Shown here one piece after another: positions 43,219 through 64,000 of a stretch of 64,000 nt of DNA (position 1 is the first letter of the stretch; the number at the start of each line of letters is the position of its first letter). Both the position numbers and the translations under genes were made by a program. Source of the stretch: the human T2T-CHM13v2.0 reference genome, Homo sapiens; assembly GCF_009914755.1 (NCBI RefSeq), contig NC_060946.1; one strand, 5' to 3'. The notes beneath the pieces are model-generated. The model did no database searches, had not been told where the DNA came from, and saw only the letters and a program-made list of their open reading frames with translations.

Positions 43219-44160
43219 TGAGCAGATACCACAGGCTCCCGGGGCCCCACAGGCTGGGCTTAAGGAGCCAGTACACAGCCACACAGGGCCAGGATGGCTT
43301 CAGGGCTGCCTGCACATTGGTGGATCCCTGCGGGCAAACGCCCCGGCACCATGGCACTAGGCCTGCAGGCTGTACCCTTGGGTGGTGGCTGCTGGCCAGC
43401 CTTGCCTGCCTGGGGCTGGCTGGCCCATTGGCAGGTGCAGGGTGTCATTTCCTTCAGCCCCTCCTCTGTCATAGGCTCATCTTCCTGTGTGTGAGGGGAA
43501 GGCAAGTGCCAACTCCACTCCCTGGCAGGCCGCATAGCCGCTGGGTCCCACCCCACGGGGTACACTGCGTATGTGTCTGCCCTGGGAACCAGCCTGTGCT
43601 GGGGCTGTTGGGGGATCCAGGGCCACCCTCCGTCTGCAAAGCCCACGGCAGAGAGGGTTGGAGGAGAGGAGAGTGTGCTGAATGTTTGCTTCAGGTGGGC
43701 TGGCATGGCCTGGGCAGTGGAAGAGAGGGCACAGGAGGGAAGCCTTCCAGACAGAGGAGGCCTGGGCCCCAAGTGGTCAACAGCTTGACCTCTTGGAAGA
43801 ACCAAGCATGGCTGTGTCTGGGAACCTGGGCCTCCAAAGGGGAAGTGTGTGGTCAGCCCGCAGGCTGCCCTATGCCTTGGCTCATGCTACACGGGGAGAG
43901 CAGGGCAGGGTGGGGTGGTTCCCAGTGAAGGTGGCAGGACTCAGCAAGTGTGGGCCTGTGGAGCCAGCCAAGAGCTCACACGCCACTGATGGCCCCTCAT
44001 CATCCCCAAGACTGAGGCTGCTGCTCTCTGTGACTTGGCACAGCCTCCAGGCATGGGGTTCCTAACTCTACCTGCCTGCATTCTTGCCCTATTTGTGGCT
44101 GTGACAGGCAGGGCAGGGCTGAGGGACACCAGGTGAACGAGGGCCCCTGCTCTCTTTCAG

Positions 44161-44281
44161 AACCAACACTATCATCCTGGTAGATGCGGACGGCCACGTG
44201 ACCTTCACTGAGCGTAGCATGATGGACAAGGACCTCTCCCACTGGGAGACCAGAACCTATGAGTTCACACTGCAGAGCTAA
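44161..44281 (+). CDS. TANGO2: TANGO2 exon 9 coding part: [39 protein letters not shown]
   Basis: tctctttcag|AACC; TAA at 44279-44281; exon lengths sum to 56+89+120+115+71+154+105+121 = 831 nt = 276 aa plus stop. Confidence 0.97.
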
Positions 44282-44507
44282 CCCCACCTCTGGGCCTGGC
44301 CAGTGGGCTCCTGGGGGGCCCTGCCTTGAGGGGCACTGTGGACAGGAAACCTTCCTTTGCCATACTGCATTGCACTGCCCGTGGCTTGGCCAGCATCCCC
44401 CGGATCAGGGCCCTGTGGTTTGCGTGTTACCCATCTGTGTCCCCATGCCCAGTTCAGGGTCTGCCTTTATGCCAGTGAGGAGCAGCAGAGTCTGATACTA
44501 GGTCTAG

Positions 44508-45258
<751 letters not shown>

Positions 45259-45516
45259 GAAAAACCCACTCTCATAACAGAAGTGCAGACTCATTGCTAG
45301 ATTCAGTGCCCTTGAGTGTGCCAGAGGTCCTCTGTGTTTGAGACAATCCTGTGTGTGCCAGGAGGCTCCGTGTGCACCAGGGGCTCTCAGAATCCCGCTT
45401 ACCCAGCTGGAGACCATGCCTCTGGCAGCCCCATCTCAGCCAGCCCTGCTCTCTCCCTCTTCCCTCCAGGTGAGGCAAACTTCATAGGAATCTGTACCTG
45501 AATGTGAGCTCCTGAT

Positions 45517-45522
45517 AATAAA
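45517..45522 (+). terminator. TANGO2: TANGO2 polyadenylation signal AATAAA (3'UTR ~44282-45540)
   Basis: Canonical AATAAA ~1.2 kb after the stop, with TGTA upstream and GT/T-rich sequence downstream. Confidence 0.75.
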
Positions 45523-46577
45523 ACTCTGAGGCTTTGGTGAGCGCATTTCGAGGCCTTTCCCTTGTATGCAGGGTGCCAGTGGGAGCTGCTATGTCTCCTG
45601 TGCAGCCAGACACCCTGGACGAGGCCCTTCCCACCTCCCCCTTTCCTCACGGCTTCTTCAGCACCACATGTGGATGCCTGTGGGTCAGTCCATCTGTCCA
45701 TGGGCAGGGGCCGCTGTGAGAGACCCCATGCGCGTGGGATGTGGTAGATGCTGATTATGGGGCCAGCCACCCATACAGGTCTATCAGGTCGCAATGGAGG
45801 CCCCACTGGAGCGGGAGGCAGGCTGGCCTGGACTTCTGTTGGATGATGGGGGCCAGGGGATGGTAGGAGGGGCAGGAGAGCAGGTCTGCATCTGTCTCAG
45901 CCCCAGGAGCTCCTGGTTTGGGGCCAGCTCTAAGGAGCTTCATCCCTGAGCCTGGCCGAGTATAAGGGGGTCCCGGATATCCAATGCTGAGACCTAGACT
46001 TTTCTAAGCCTCTGCACCCAACCCCTAACTTGGCCTTTTCAGACCCATGAGAGTGCAGGGTGGGTGTGGACCTGCGCCAGGGCTTCCCAGCCTGATTGTG
46101 ACATGATGTGAGTCCACCTAGGGAGGAGCAGGGGCCTCCCCGTCTCTTCCCCTTCTTGCCCAGACCACTTTGCTGGGCTCAGAGCCTTCCATGGCTCACT
46201 TTGAACTCAGAAGAGTTTCCCAGCTGCGACCCAGGCTGCACCCCCAGGCCTGAGGAGAAACTGAGGCCCCACATCCCATACGTGTCCTCTGAGTCAGGAC
46301 AACAGCTCCCGGCTGGGGGCACTGCCCTTGCTGCCAACACATTCACCTGCCCCAGTGGCTACCATGTCCTGTGCCGGTGACCAGTGCCAGTCCCCAACCT
46401 GGATGGTGCCCTGCCCTCATGAAGAGCCCCCCGGATGTTCACCTCTGCCCAGAGACCCGGCCTGCCCAGGAAGAGCAGTCTCTGCTCTTGTGTGGGTCCC
46501 TCTGCCCCCACCCTGCCCAGGGCTCCCCAGCAGCCTGAGGCCCCTAAGGAAGAACAGCCCTCAATGGTGATTCTATT

Positions 46578-48252
<1,675 letters not shown>

Positions 48253-48837
48253 GTAGTGATCTTCACTTTACAGATGAAGGAACTGCGGCTTGGGGAGATA
48301 CCATAACGGCCCCCCGGTTCCGAGACAGGTGGAGAGGCAGAACCATGGGCCAGGACAGAATAGGATGAGTACAAGGTGGCATCTCTGGGGGTGCCTGCCC
48401 CACAGATCCATGGTCTTCCCATGCTGGTGTCCCCACAATGTCTGGCACTGCTCCCCGCTTCACCTTACTTGCCCAGGCCTACCCCCATACCCTCAGCTCA
48501 CAGCTACACACTCTGCACAGCTCCCACCCCAGGGTCTTTGTGCTCACAGTTCCCCTGCAGATACCCAAACCACACTCTTCCCCCAGTTCCTGCAGGTCTT
48601 TACTGAAGTCTCGGGCAGGCAACTCATTTAAAGTTTCAGTTTAGCCCAGCACGGTGGCACACACCTGTAATCCCAGCTACTTAGGAGGCTGAGGTGTGAG
48701 CGTCGCTTGAGCCCAGGAGTTTGAGGCTGTAGTAAGCCATGATTGCACGACTGCACTCCAGCGTGTGCGACACAGCGAGCCCCCATCTTGAAAGAAAGAA
48801 AAAAGAAATTAAAAAGGAGGCTGGGCACTTTGGCTCA

Positions 48838-49214
<377 letters not shown>

Positions 49215-50586
49215 CTAGGATTGGTTCTTGCCTGTCTCCGTCAGAATGGGAGCTTCAGGAAGGCAGGGACCTTCCTTCTCTTGCCCACTACTGTACTCTG
49301 ATGCCCAGGCCAGGCAGGCATTTGAGCCAAGAATGACAGTGCTGGTGCTTCCCAAGCCCCCATCTATTTGGGCCAACCCCTTGATGCAAGGCCCTTGTGC
49401 TAATAGAGGGTATAGGGGTCCAAAGCCAGTGCCTTCTAGAAGAGCTTTGGACGTGACACCAGGAATGGCTGGGCCTGGACAATGGCCTTCCTGGCACTGC
49501 CCAGCCAGTCCTCTGTGCTTGTTGCCAGATGCACCTGATCCCTGAGTCCCCAGCATGGGTCTCTTTCTCCCAGGCAGATGGGGAACTCACCTTCTTCTCA
49601 GATGCCCCTTCCCAACATAAGCTGCTTCTGCCCTCTGGCCCCGAGATGGCCAAGGTGAGCTGTGTAGACATAGAGTCTGGAGGCATGGGGCTGGCTAACG
49701 TGGAGGCAATTCTATGAACAGACATGGCCAGGCCAGGAATGCGGCATGGCCTCAGGTCTCATCCTTGAAGGCCTGGGCTCCTGGTCTGCCTGCAGACTTC
49801 CTGAGACCACGTCTTGTTCTCATCTGCCAGCAGATGCCTGGCTCATGGGTGAGCCGGGCTTAGGTGGAAACACAGGAGCCCAGAGGGGAAAGGATCCTCC
49901 CCTAGCTTGGGCTGGAGTCCCAACTTCCAATCATCAATCTTTGCAACCCTGGGGCTGGACCTGGCTAGTTCCATGGTAAGGATCCTTCTCCGTCACCCAG
50001 TCAGTCCCAGGCTGTGTGGGAAACTGGCTGTGGTGGGCAGGTCTGAGGTCTCAAGTCTGACAGGGGCCACTGGAGCCTCCAACTCACCAATCAACCAAGT
50101 GTGAGAGGTTGCTTTGGTTGAATGGCCATGTGCTGGGGTCTGACTGGCCCAGCCACAGGGAGGCTGGCATCCCCTAGCTGAGTCCTGGACCCAGACCCTC
50201 CAGGGCATGGAGCCCATTGTGAGGTGTCTGGTGCTGAAGTGGTGGGGGAGGCCCGTGCAGGCCTACAGCTTTGTCATCTGCAACATTCCTCTCCCCACTT
50301 TCTTTAAACTTTTTCATTTAGAAATGATTTCAATGGCCAGGCGTGGTGGCTCATGCCTGTAATCCCAGCACTTTGGGAGGCTGAGGCGGGTGGATAACCT
50401 GAGGTCAGGAGTTCGCGACCAGCCTGACCAAAATGGAGAAACCTTGTCTCTACGAAAAATACAAAATTAGCTGGGCATGGTGGCACATGCATGTAATCCC
50501 AGCACTTTGGGAGGCTGAGGCAGGTAGATAACCTGAGGTCAGGAGTTCGCGACCAGCCTGACCAAAATGGAGAAACCTTGTCTCTA

Positions 50587-50973
<387 letters not shown>

Positions 50974-51899
50974 TTACTAAAGGATTTAAAAAGTAGAACA
51001 AAAAATTCTAGTGTCTTTCACCCAGTTACCCCAAATGTGAATGCCGCACCCAATCACAGAAAAATGATTACAACCAGGAAATTAACACTGATAATGTTAA
51101 AGAAAGAATTACTGAATGACATTTGCTAAAGCACTGTAGGGAAGACTTTATTCAGGACCGTCTTGCTAGGTCTAGGGACCACAGGAATGAGATTCTGCAG
51201 TGGGGGAGAGAGATTAAGCTCAAGTCCGAATGGGCAAGTGGGAACTGATGATAGCTGAGGAGCAGGGCGGTGGGAGCTGGGTCAGCACATGGAAAATGAC
51301 TAAGAAGAAACACCCCGGGTGAGGGAGATTCTGGCTACACCAATTAACAGGATTTTTGCTGAAGACAGGCCACAGTGACCGGACATCTTCACCTGGGGGA
51401 CAGTGTAGGAACGGATTAGATAAGGAGGGTGATCAGATGTCGAGGGTCAGGGGATGCTTCTTGCTAAAGTGACTTTGCAGGGTTCTTGCTCTAAGTGAAA
51501 TTTACAAGGAAGTGCACAGATGGGCCTAGAAGAAGGTTCAGAAGCCTGGTTTGGCCAAGCAAAGAATCTTTGTCGGTCCCTCCTCTTGTTCAAGGAAAGA
51601 AGAGGTTATCTTTCCTTGAATAGTACGAGTCCATTTCCTTGCTGGGCTGCCTTTTGTTCATTAAAGGCCAGCTGAATCATCTGCTGGGACCGGCAGTAGA
51701 GGAGATATCCTCCATGGTGTGAGCCATCAGGCGTTGCATGTTGAAGATAAAAGAAAAAGATATTAGTTGGAACCAACTATAAACTCAGTTTCTGAGTTCA
51801 GAGGGCAGCTACTCAAGATTTCCAGGTGCTGTGCTTGAAGCATCTTCAGATGGAGTAGGGGCTAACAGACTATCATGGACGGCAGTTTGCGTGTCATGA

Positions 51900-52175
<276 letters not shown>

Positions 52176-52651
52176 TGACCTGCCCACGTTGGCCTCCCAA
52201 AGTGTTGGGATTACAGGCGTGAGCCACCGTGCCCGGCCTAAAGTTTCTATCAAGTTGTCCGGGTTCAGCTTAAAGGGCTTCAGGAAATGGGAAGTTTTAA
52301 TTTTTAGCGGTTCCAGGCCAGAAGGGTGGGAAAAAAACTGGAAACATCAGTTTAGAGAAAATCAAATATTGGAGGAAACTAGAAGAATTCAGGATCCAAT
52401 CCAGTTTGTAGGTAAATATCAAAACCTCAAAAACAATGAACAGGGCTAGAATCTGATAATGGGTGCACTATAGTTTTCTTCTGAAACTAATTTTTCTCTA
52501 TATAGTCACCCCACTTCTATCAAAGATGTTGAAGTAAGACTAATTTGTTTGTAGCTAAGTTTAGGTTGATTAAACTTGGCCTAATTACTTACATAAGTGC
52601 CGCAACAATAGTGATTGAACACATAGGCTTTCTTTAAGTTTCCTTTGCTAG

Positions 52652-52870
<219 letters not shown>

Positions 52871-53818
52871 TAGCCAGGATGGTCTTGATCTCCTGACTTC
52901 GTGATCCGCCCGCCTCGGCCTCCCAAAGTGCTGGCATTACAGGCGTGAGCCACCGTGCCCAGCCTGCTAGGACTTTTAATAAGGCATCTCAGATTGGGCT
53001 TTTAAAAGCCTTGCCAGGCTAGGAAGCCAAGCCGAAGCTTCACCATCATACTTCATTTGCAATCATTATAGGTTTGGGTGAATTCCTCTCTTTTTGAGGT
53101 CCCCCAAAATATCCTGACATCCTTGGGCCTGTCAGGAAGTGACTTTCCTTACTCACCTACAAGGCAACCACATGACCCATGTATTCAAGGTTTAAAACCC
53201 ATTTTTCCCCAAGGGCTTTATTGGTTCCATAAAGTCATCTTAGTTACTTAAAGTTGTCTGGCCATAGCTAAAAATATGGCATTCTAGTCAAAGCTTTGGT
53301 AATATAAACAGCATTTCCAATTGTGTCCTGTTACAAAGAGAACAGGTTCTTACTGAACTTATGTAAATAACCATATTGCCATTAAAATAAAAATACTCAT
53401 GAATAGTTTCCGAATTATGGAAGGATAAGGTACAGAGAAAAAGTAATTGTTTCACTTTTGTTTACAAAGGCATACTTTACCAAACTGCTGTAAGCTATGG
53501 ATAACTTAAAACAGAAAAAAAAGTTTCCTTAAATCTGGAAAACAAAACATTAAAGAACCAGCAATGTTTCAAACAAAACATAAAAAAATTATCCTGGCTG
53601 GGTACAGTGGCTCACACCTGTAATGCTTAGGGAGGCTGAGATGGGAGGATCATTTGAGGCCAAGAGTTTGAAACCAGCCTGGTCAACATAGTGAGACCCT
53701 ATCTCTACAATAAAATTAAATAAATAAATAATTGTAATTGGTTTATTCATTGCCATGTAATTTATTCTTGTTCTGTTTGATCTTGATCAGCAGTTTCACG
53801 AACCCCTCAGTGTCTTCA

Positions 53819-54283
<465 letters not shown>

Positions 54284-54627
54284 CTAAAGGCACACACCAC
54301 CACACCCAGCTAATTTTTGTGTTTTTAGTAGAGATGGGGTTTCACCATATTGGCCAGGATGGTCTCAATCTCTTGACCTCGTGATCCGCCTGCCTCGGCC
54401 TCCCAAAGTGCTGGGATTATAGGTGTGAGCCACTGCGCCTGGCCCCAGCCACATTTCTTAAGTAATCAAAAACCTAATAAAAGACAATATGAAGAACAAG
54501 GAACTATCTTGATATAACACAAAAATCTTTGTTTCCAAGGTCAATTATTTAAAAGGTAAACAGAGGCCAGGCGAGGTGGCTCACGCCTGTAATGCCAGCA
54601 CTTTGGGAGGCCGAGGCGGGCGGATTA

Positions 54628-56482
<1,855 letters not shown>

Positions 56483-56653
56483 GGCCGGGCACCGTGGCTC
56501 ATGCCTGTAATCCCAGCACTTTGGGAGGCCGAGGCGGGTGGATCATGAGGTCAGGAGATTGAGACCAGCCTGGCTAACACGGTGAAACCCTGTCTCTACT
56601 AAAAATATAAAAAATTAGCCAGGTATGGTGGCGGGCAGCTGTAGTTCCAGCTA

Positions 56654-56761
<108 letters not shown>

Positions 56762-57042
56762 TCAAAAAAAAAAAATCTATCAGTACTTTTTTTCCCCTAC
56801 ATTTTTTTTCTTTCTCATTCTGGAACAACCAGTTGCTATATATATTAGCACAGAGTCAGTTATTCCTTTAAGGGATTTTATAAATTAATTTGGTGCTACT
56901 ATCTGGAGGTAGAAAAATATCATGTATATATAACATACAAACATACATATGTAGTTGCTCTGCAACTGAAGTTGGCAGAGGCCAGACCCAGTGGCTCACG
57001 CCTGTAATCCCAGCACTTTGGGAGGCCAAGGCAGGCAGATCA

Positions 57043-57457
<415 letters not shown>

Positions 57458-58105
57458 TCAGAATGAAGAGCCACAAGGAAGACCTTCCAACCCAGGAAGT
57501 ATTATACCTTTCAAAAGAAGGCTGGGACCTTAAAAATCAAAATCTGTCCTTACCAGCTAAAATAAAAGTTTTTCTACAGTCATGGCTCAGGAGTTTGACT
57601 CACCAGTAGATCCCCAATCAGCCAGTCAGGAGAGAAGACAAAGGCTGCAAAGTTGCACATTGAGAGTCCTGGGTCAGAGGCCTGTGGCACCACAACCATT
57701 AAAGAAAAAAATTATTCAGCCCTTGTCAAAGCACGGTCGGGAAGGCCTTATTCAGGAGCATTGCCACTGGCATATGGACCACAGGCAATGGGGTTTTGCT
57801 GCAGGGGAGAGATTGGGCTGAACTCTGAATACAGCATGGACAAGTGTGAACTGATAGCCAAGGAGCAGGGCGGGGGTCAGTGGATGAAAAATTACTAAGA
57901 AGAAACATAAGTGATAAGGGGGATACTGGCTAAGCTGACCTAAGAGGATTCTTGCTGAAGACAGGCTGGGGTGATCAGACATCACCTAGAGGATGGTGGA
58001 GGGATGAGGAATTTCATCAGTATTGAGGGCGATCAGATATCAAAAGCAGGGTGGTTCTTGCTAAACTGGAATTCTCAGACGGGCCTAGAAGATTTAGGAG
58101 CCTGA

Positions 58106-60716
<2,611 letters not shown>

Positions 60717-60879
60717 CCACCGTGCCCGGCCGAACCCTCCCTGTTTTGGAAATCCTGTATTAGCAAAGGGGACAGCGCCAGACAGTTGAGCACACGCGTT
60801 CTTTATAAATGATGATGTCTGATACAGTGATGCTTTTAACAGGGTTGTGTAACGCCTGTGTGTGCACGGTCTCTTCTGC

Positions 60880-61700
60880 AGTGTCCACCGAAGGTGGCCC
60901 GTCTGCGTGTCCGCTCCCGGCGTACTCCGCGCTCCCTGTTCCCGGCATTCCCCGCGCTCCCCGAGCTTCCCGCGCTCCCCTGCTCCCGGCATTCCCGGGG
61001 CTTCCCGTTCCCGGCGCTCCTCGCGGCCGCCGCCCTCAGTCCAGCGAGCCCCGCCTGGGCAGCGACTGTTAGCGCGACCGCGGCCTGGGCGCCTGGTCCC
61101 TCCCGCGCGGCCGCGCTATTGGGCCGCGCGCGGCGGACACGCGCGCTACGCGCCGCCGATTGGCGGCCTCCGCAGCCCGCTCTGCGGCTCCCCCAATGCG
61201 GGGCGGCCGCGCGCGGGGATTGGCCGCACGCCGCGAAGGCCCGCCCTCCGCTCGCCCGGCGCGGCAGGCGGGTGCCGGCGACCGGAGAGCCTGGACAGGC
61301 TTTCCAGATGGCTGCGGCGGTCGGTCGGTGAGGCTTTCCCGGCTGTGGTTTGGCTGCGGGCGGCTTGGGCAGCCCGCGGGCGCCTCAGGTAGGTGCGGGG
61401 CGCGAGGGGCGCCCCGCGGGCGGTTGGGCGGGCGCCGCGGCCTGCGCGAGGGCGCGCCCTTCCCTCCCGCCTCCCTCCGGGACCGAGGCCGCGGGCGGGG
61501 CGGGGGCGCGGAGCCCGGCCTTTGTGAGGCAACATGGCCGCGGGCGGTGGAGAGCGCGGGGTGGGGACCCCTCCGGGGCTGGGGGGCGGGCCCCGGGCCC
61601 AGGCGTTGCCGACTCTCGTCGCTGTCCGCCCGGGTAAAGAGGCTCCTCTCCCGGAGGGCCCGAAGCCTAGCATCGCCTTCAGGCGGGAAAGGTGTGGACA
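60880..61700 (+). promoter_or_regulatory. DGCR8: CpG-island promoter of DGCR8: four CCAAT/ATTGG boxes (61118, 61159, 61193, 61219), GC boxes, YY1-like AGATGGCTGC (~61306)
   Basis: Extreme CpG density; motifs read directly; DGCR8 is the known next + strand gene after TANGO2 and I recognise the exon-1 sequence. Confidence 0.88.
61245..61388 (+). other. DGCR8: DGCR8 non-coding exon 1 (start approximate; donor CAG|GTAGGT at 61388, tandem alternative TAG|GTGCGG at 61392)
   Basis: Sequence matches my recollection of the DGCR8 mRNA 5' end; the coding exons lie beyond the window. Confidence 0.75.
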
Positions 61701-62880
61701 GGGCCAGTGCTCGCCTGGGACCCTGCCGGCTTTAACACAGTTTGGGAAATCCAAGAAGTCGCCTAAGTCTTTTTGTCCACAGAATGCTCACGGGTTGAGT
61801 GTCACGTAGATAATTGGGATACGGTTTTATTGTAACAATGAGCATGGCGGAAATAAATGGAAGGTGGCAACCTGTTGACAGTGATGCCTGTCTGGTGTCA
61901 ACCGATGGACTTGGGTTTCTTGTGGCAGGAGTCTGATTTGCCTTTTTGCATGCTTGCATGTACCTTGTTCCTGCACGGTAGTCCTTTCTTTGGCTGTCGA
62001 CTGTTCGAGGCCAACCACCAGGCGAGGATCCACTGTTTCCTGGCCAGACTAGACTCCCAGCTGTGGGAGTGGCCCAAACCCTGCTGCAGGCCTTCACTCA
62101 CAAAAGGGAGTGAATGGCCAGCCCGGGGTACCCAGTGTTGCCTCTAAGTGCGGGATATGAGGCCTGTTGGAGGATGACAAAAGGAACGGATGAGGTCATA
62201 CTGCCGCTGGGTTGGGCGGGAGGCTGCAGCGGGAGAGACTTGACCAAAAGGCAGCCTCCATGGCGCTGGCACTGGTGCTGGCCCGTCACAGCCAGTGCCT
62301 CTGTTAGCCAACACAGCAAGTGGGCTAGGAGGAAGGGTGCTGTCCAAGTGTACGGGTTTTCTCCCCGTGCCAAGGGTCCAGGGGAGCTTGCCGTGAGCCC
62401 GTTCCTGTCCGATAGTCCTGTTGGCAAGGCAGGGTTTGCATGCGGTGTTTGGTCAGCTGGAGCAGTGGGGAGGCCTACGGGCAGAGAGCTCCCCTTTGAG
62501 CCCTTTGCGGCCAGGCGCTGTGTGGAGCACTTCCCAGGGGTTGTTTTGTAGTCTCACCGTGACCTTGGGGTAGGAAATGTGCTTCTGGCTGGCTTGCCCA
62601 GTCTTAGACTCTCTTGTTGTAGCCCTCTCCTTTGTGATGTCACCCAGCCTCCTGGCTTTAATGCCAGCTTTCCTTGACATCTTCACAGCTCCAGCCCTGG
62701 CCTCTCTTCTGATTTCCAGCCTGGTGTTTCTGGCCACCTCTTCCATATCTCCATGTGTTACTTTGGCGCCAAGTAGCCATATCCAAACCAAACTCAAATC
62801 TTCACCCATGCCAAAACATTCCTTGGCCTATCTAAAGTCCCTTTGATTCCTCTCTTTCTTACACCTTCATGCAGTCCTAA

Positions 62881-63673
<793 letters not shown>

Positions 63674-64000
63674 CAGAGTGGTTCTTTTAAACCATAAGAT
63701 GGTATAAAACAGAGGCGGTGTAGATGCAAGCCAGCTTGCCTGCTTGTAAAGCAGCTCCATCACTTCCTAGCTGTATGACCTTGAGCATGTGGGTGAACCT
63801 TTCTTCCATAATGCTATGTGAGACCTGGGTGAGTTAAAATGCTTAAAGTGCTTAGAACAGGGCCTGGCTGAGGTTTGGTTGCCACTGCTATCCTGGAATC
63901 AGCTGATGCCACTGTGTGGGCCTTCCTATCCGGTGGCCCATCTCTCTCACTAAGAGCCAAAGTCCTGGCAGCAGCCTGGGAGGACCAGCCCTGATCCATC

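Overview
Human (great-ape-type) genomic DNA from chr22q11.21. The window holds the whole TANGO2 (C22orf25) gene on the + strand: a CpG-island promoter and non-coding exon 1 at about 0.7 kb, then 8 coding exons from 16412 to 44281 that splice to 831 nt (276 aa, NRDE family), and a polyA signal at 45517. MIR185 lies in intron 1, and the CpG-island promoter and first exon of DGCR8 lie at about 61.2 kb. The rest is dense in Alus, with MaLR/ERV LTRs, a degenerate two-LTR ERV1 provirus and old L1 fragments; almost all long ORFs in the track are Alu-derived or GC-rich noise. I see no new gene system. The most interesting signals are structural. (1) An Alu-mediated 532-bp tandem triplication whose third copy carries an extra AluY; this AluY, together with an intron-2 AluY, lines up with the breakpoints I recall for the recurrent TANGO2 exon 3-9 deletion. 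(2) Two Alus carrying short templated copies of nearby unique DNA. (3) An Alu converted into a tight fold-back hairpin. (4) A solo LTR with a consensus splice donor just upstream of the first coding exon. (5) An alternative in-frame N-terminus. Repeat subfamily names and literature or reference-genome details are from memory and are flagged as such.
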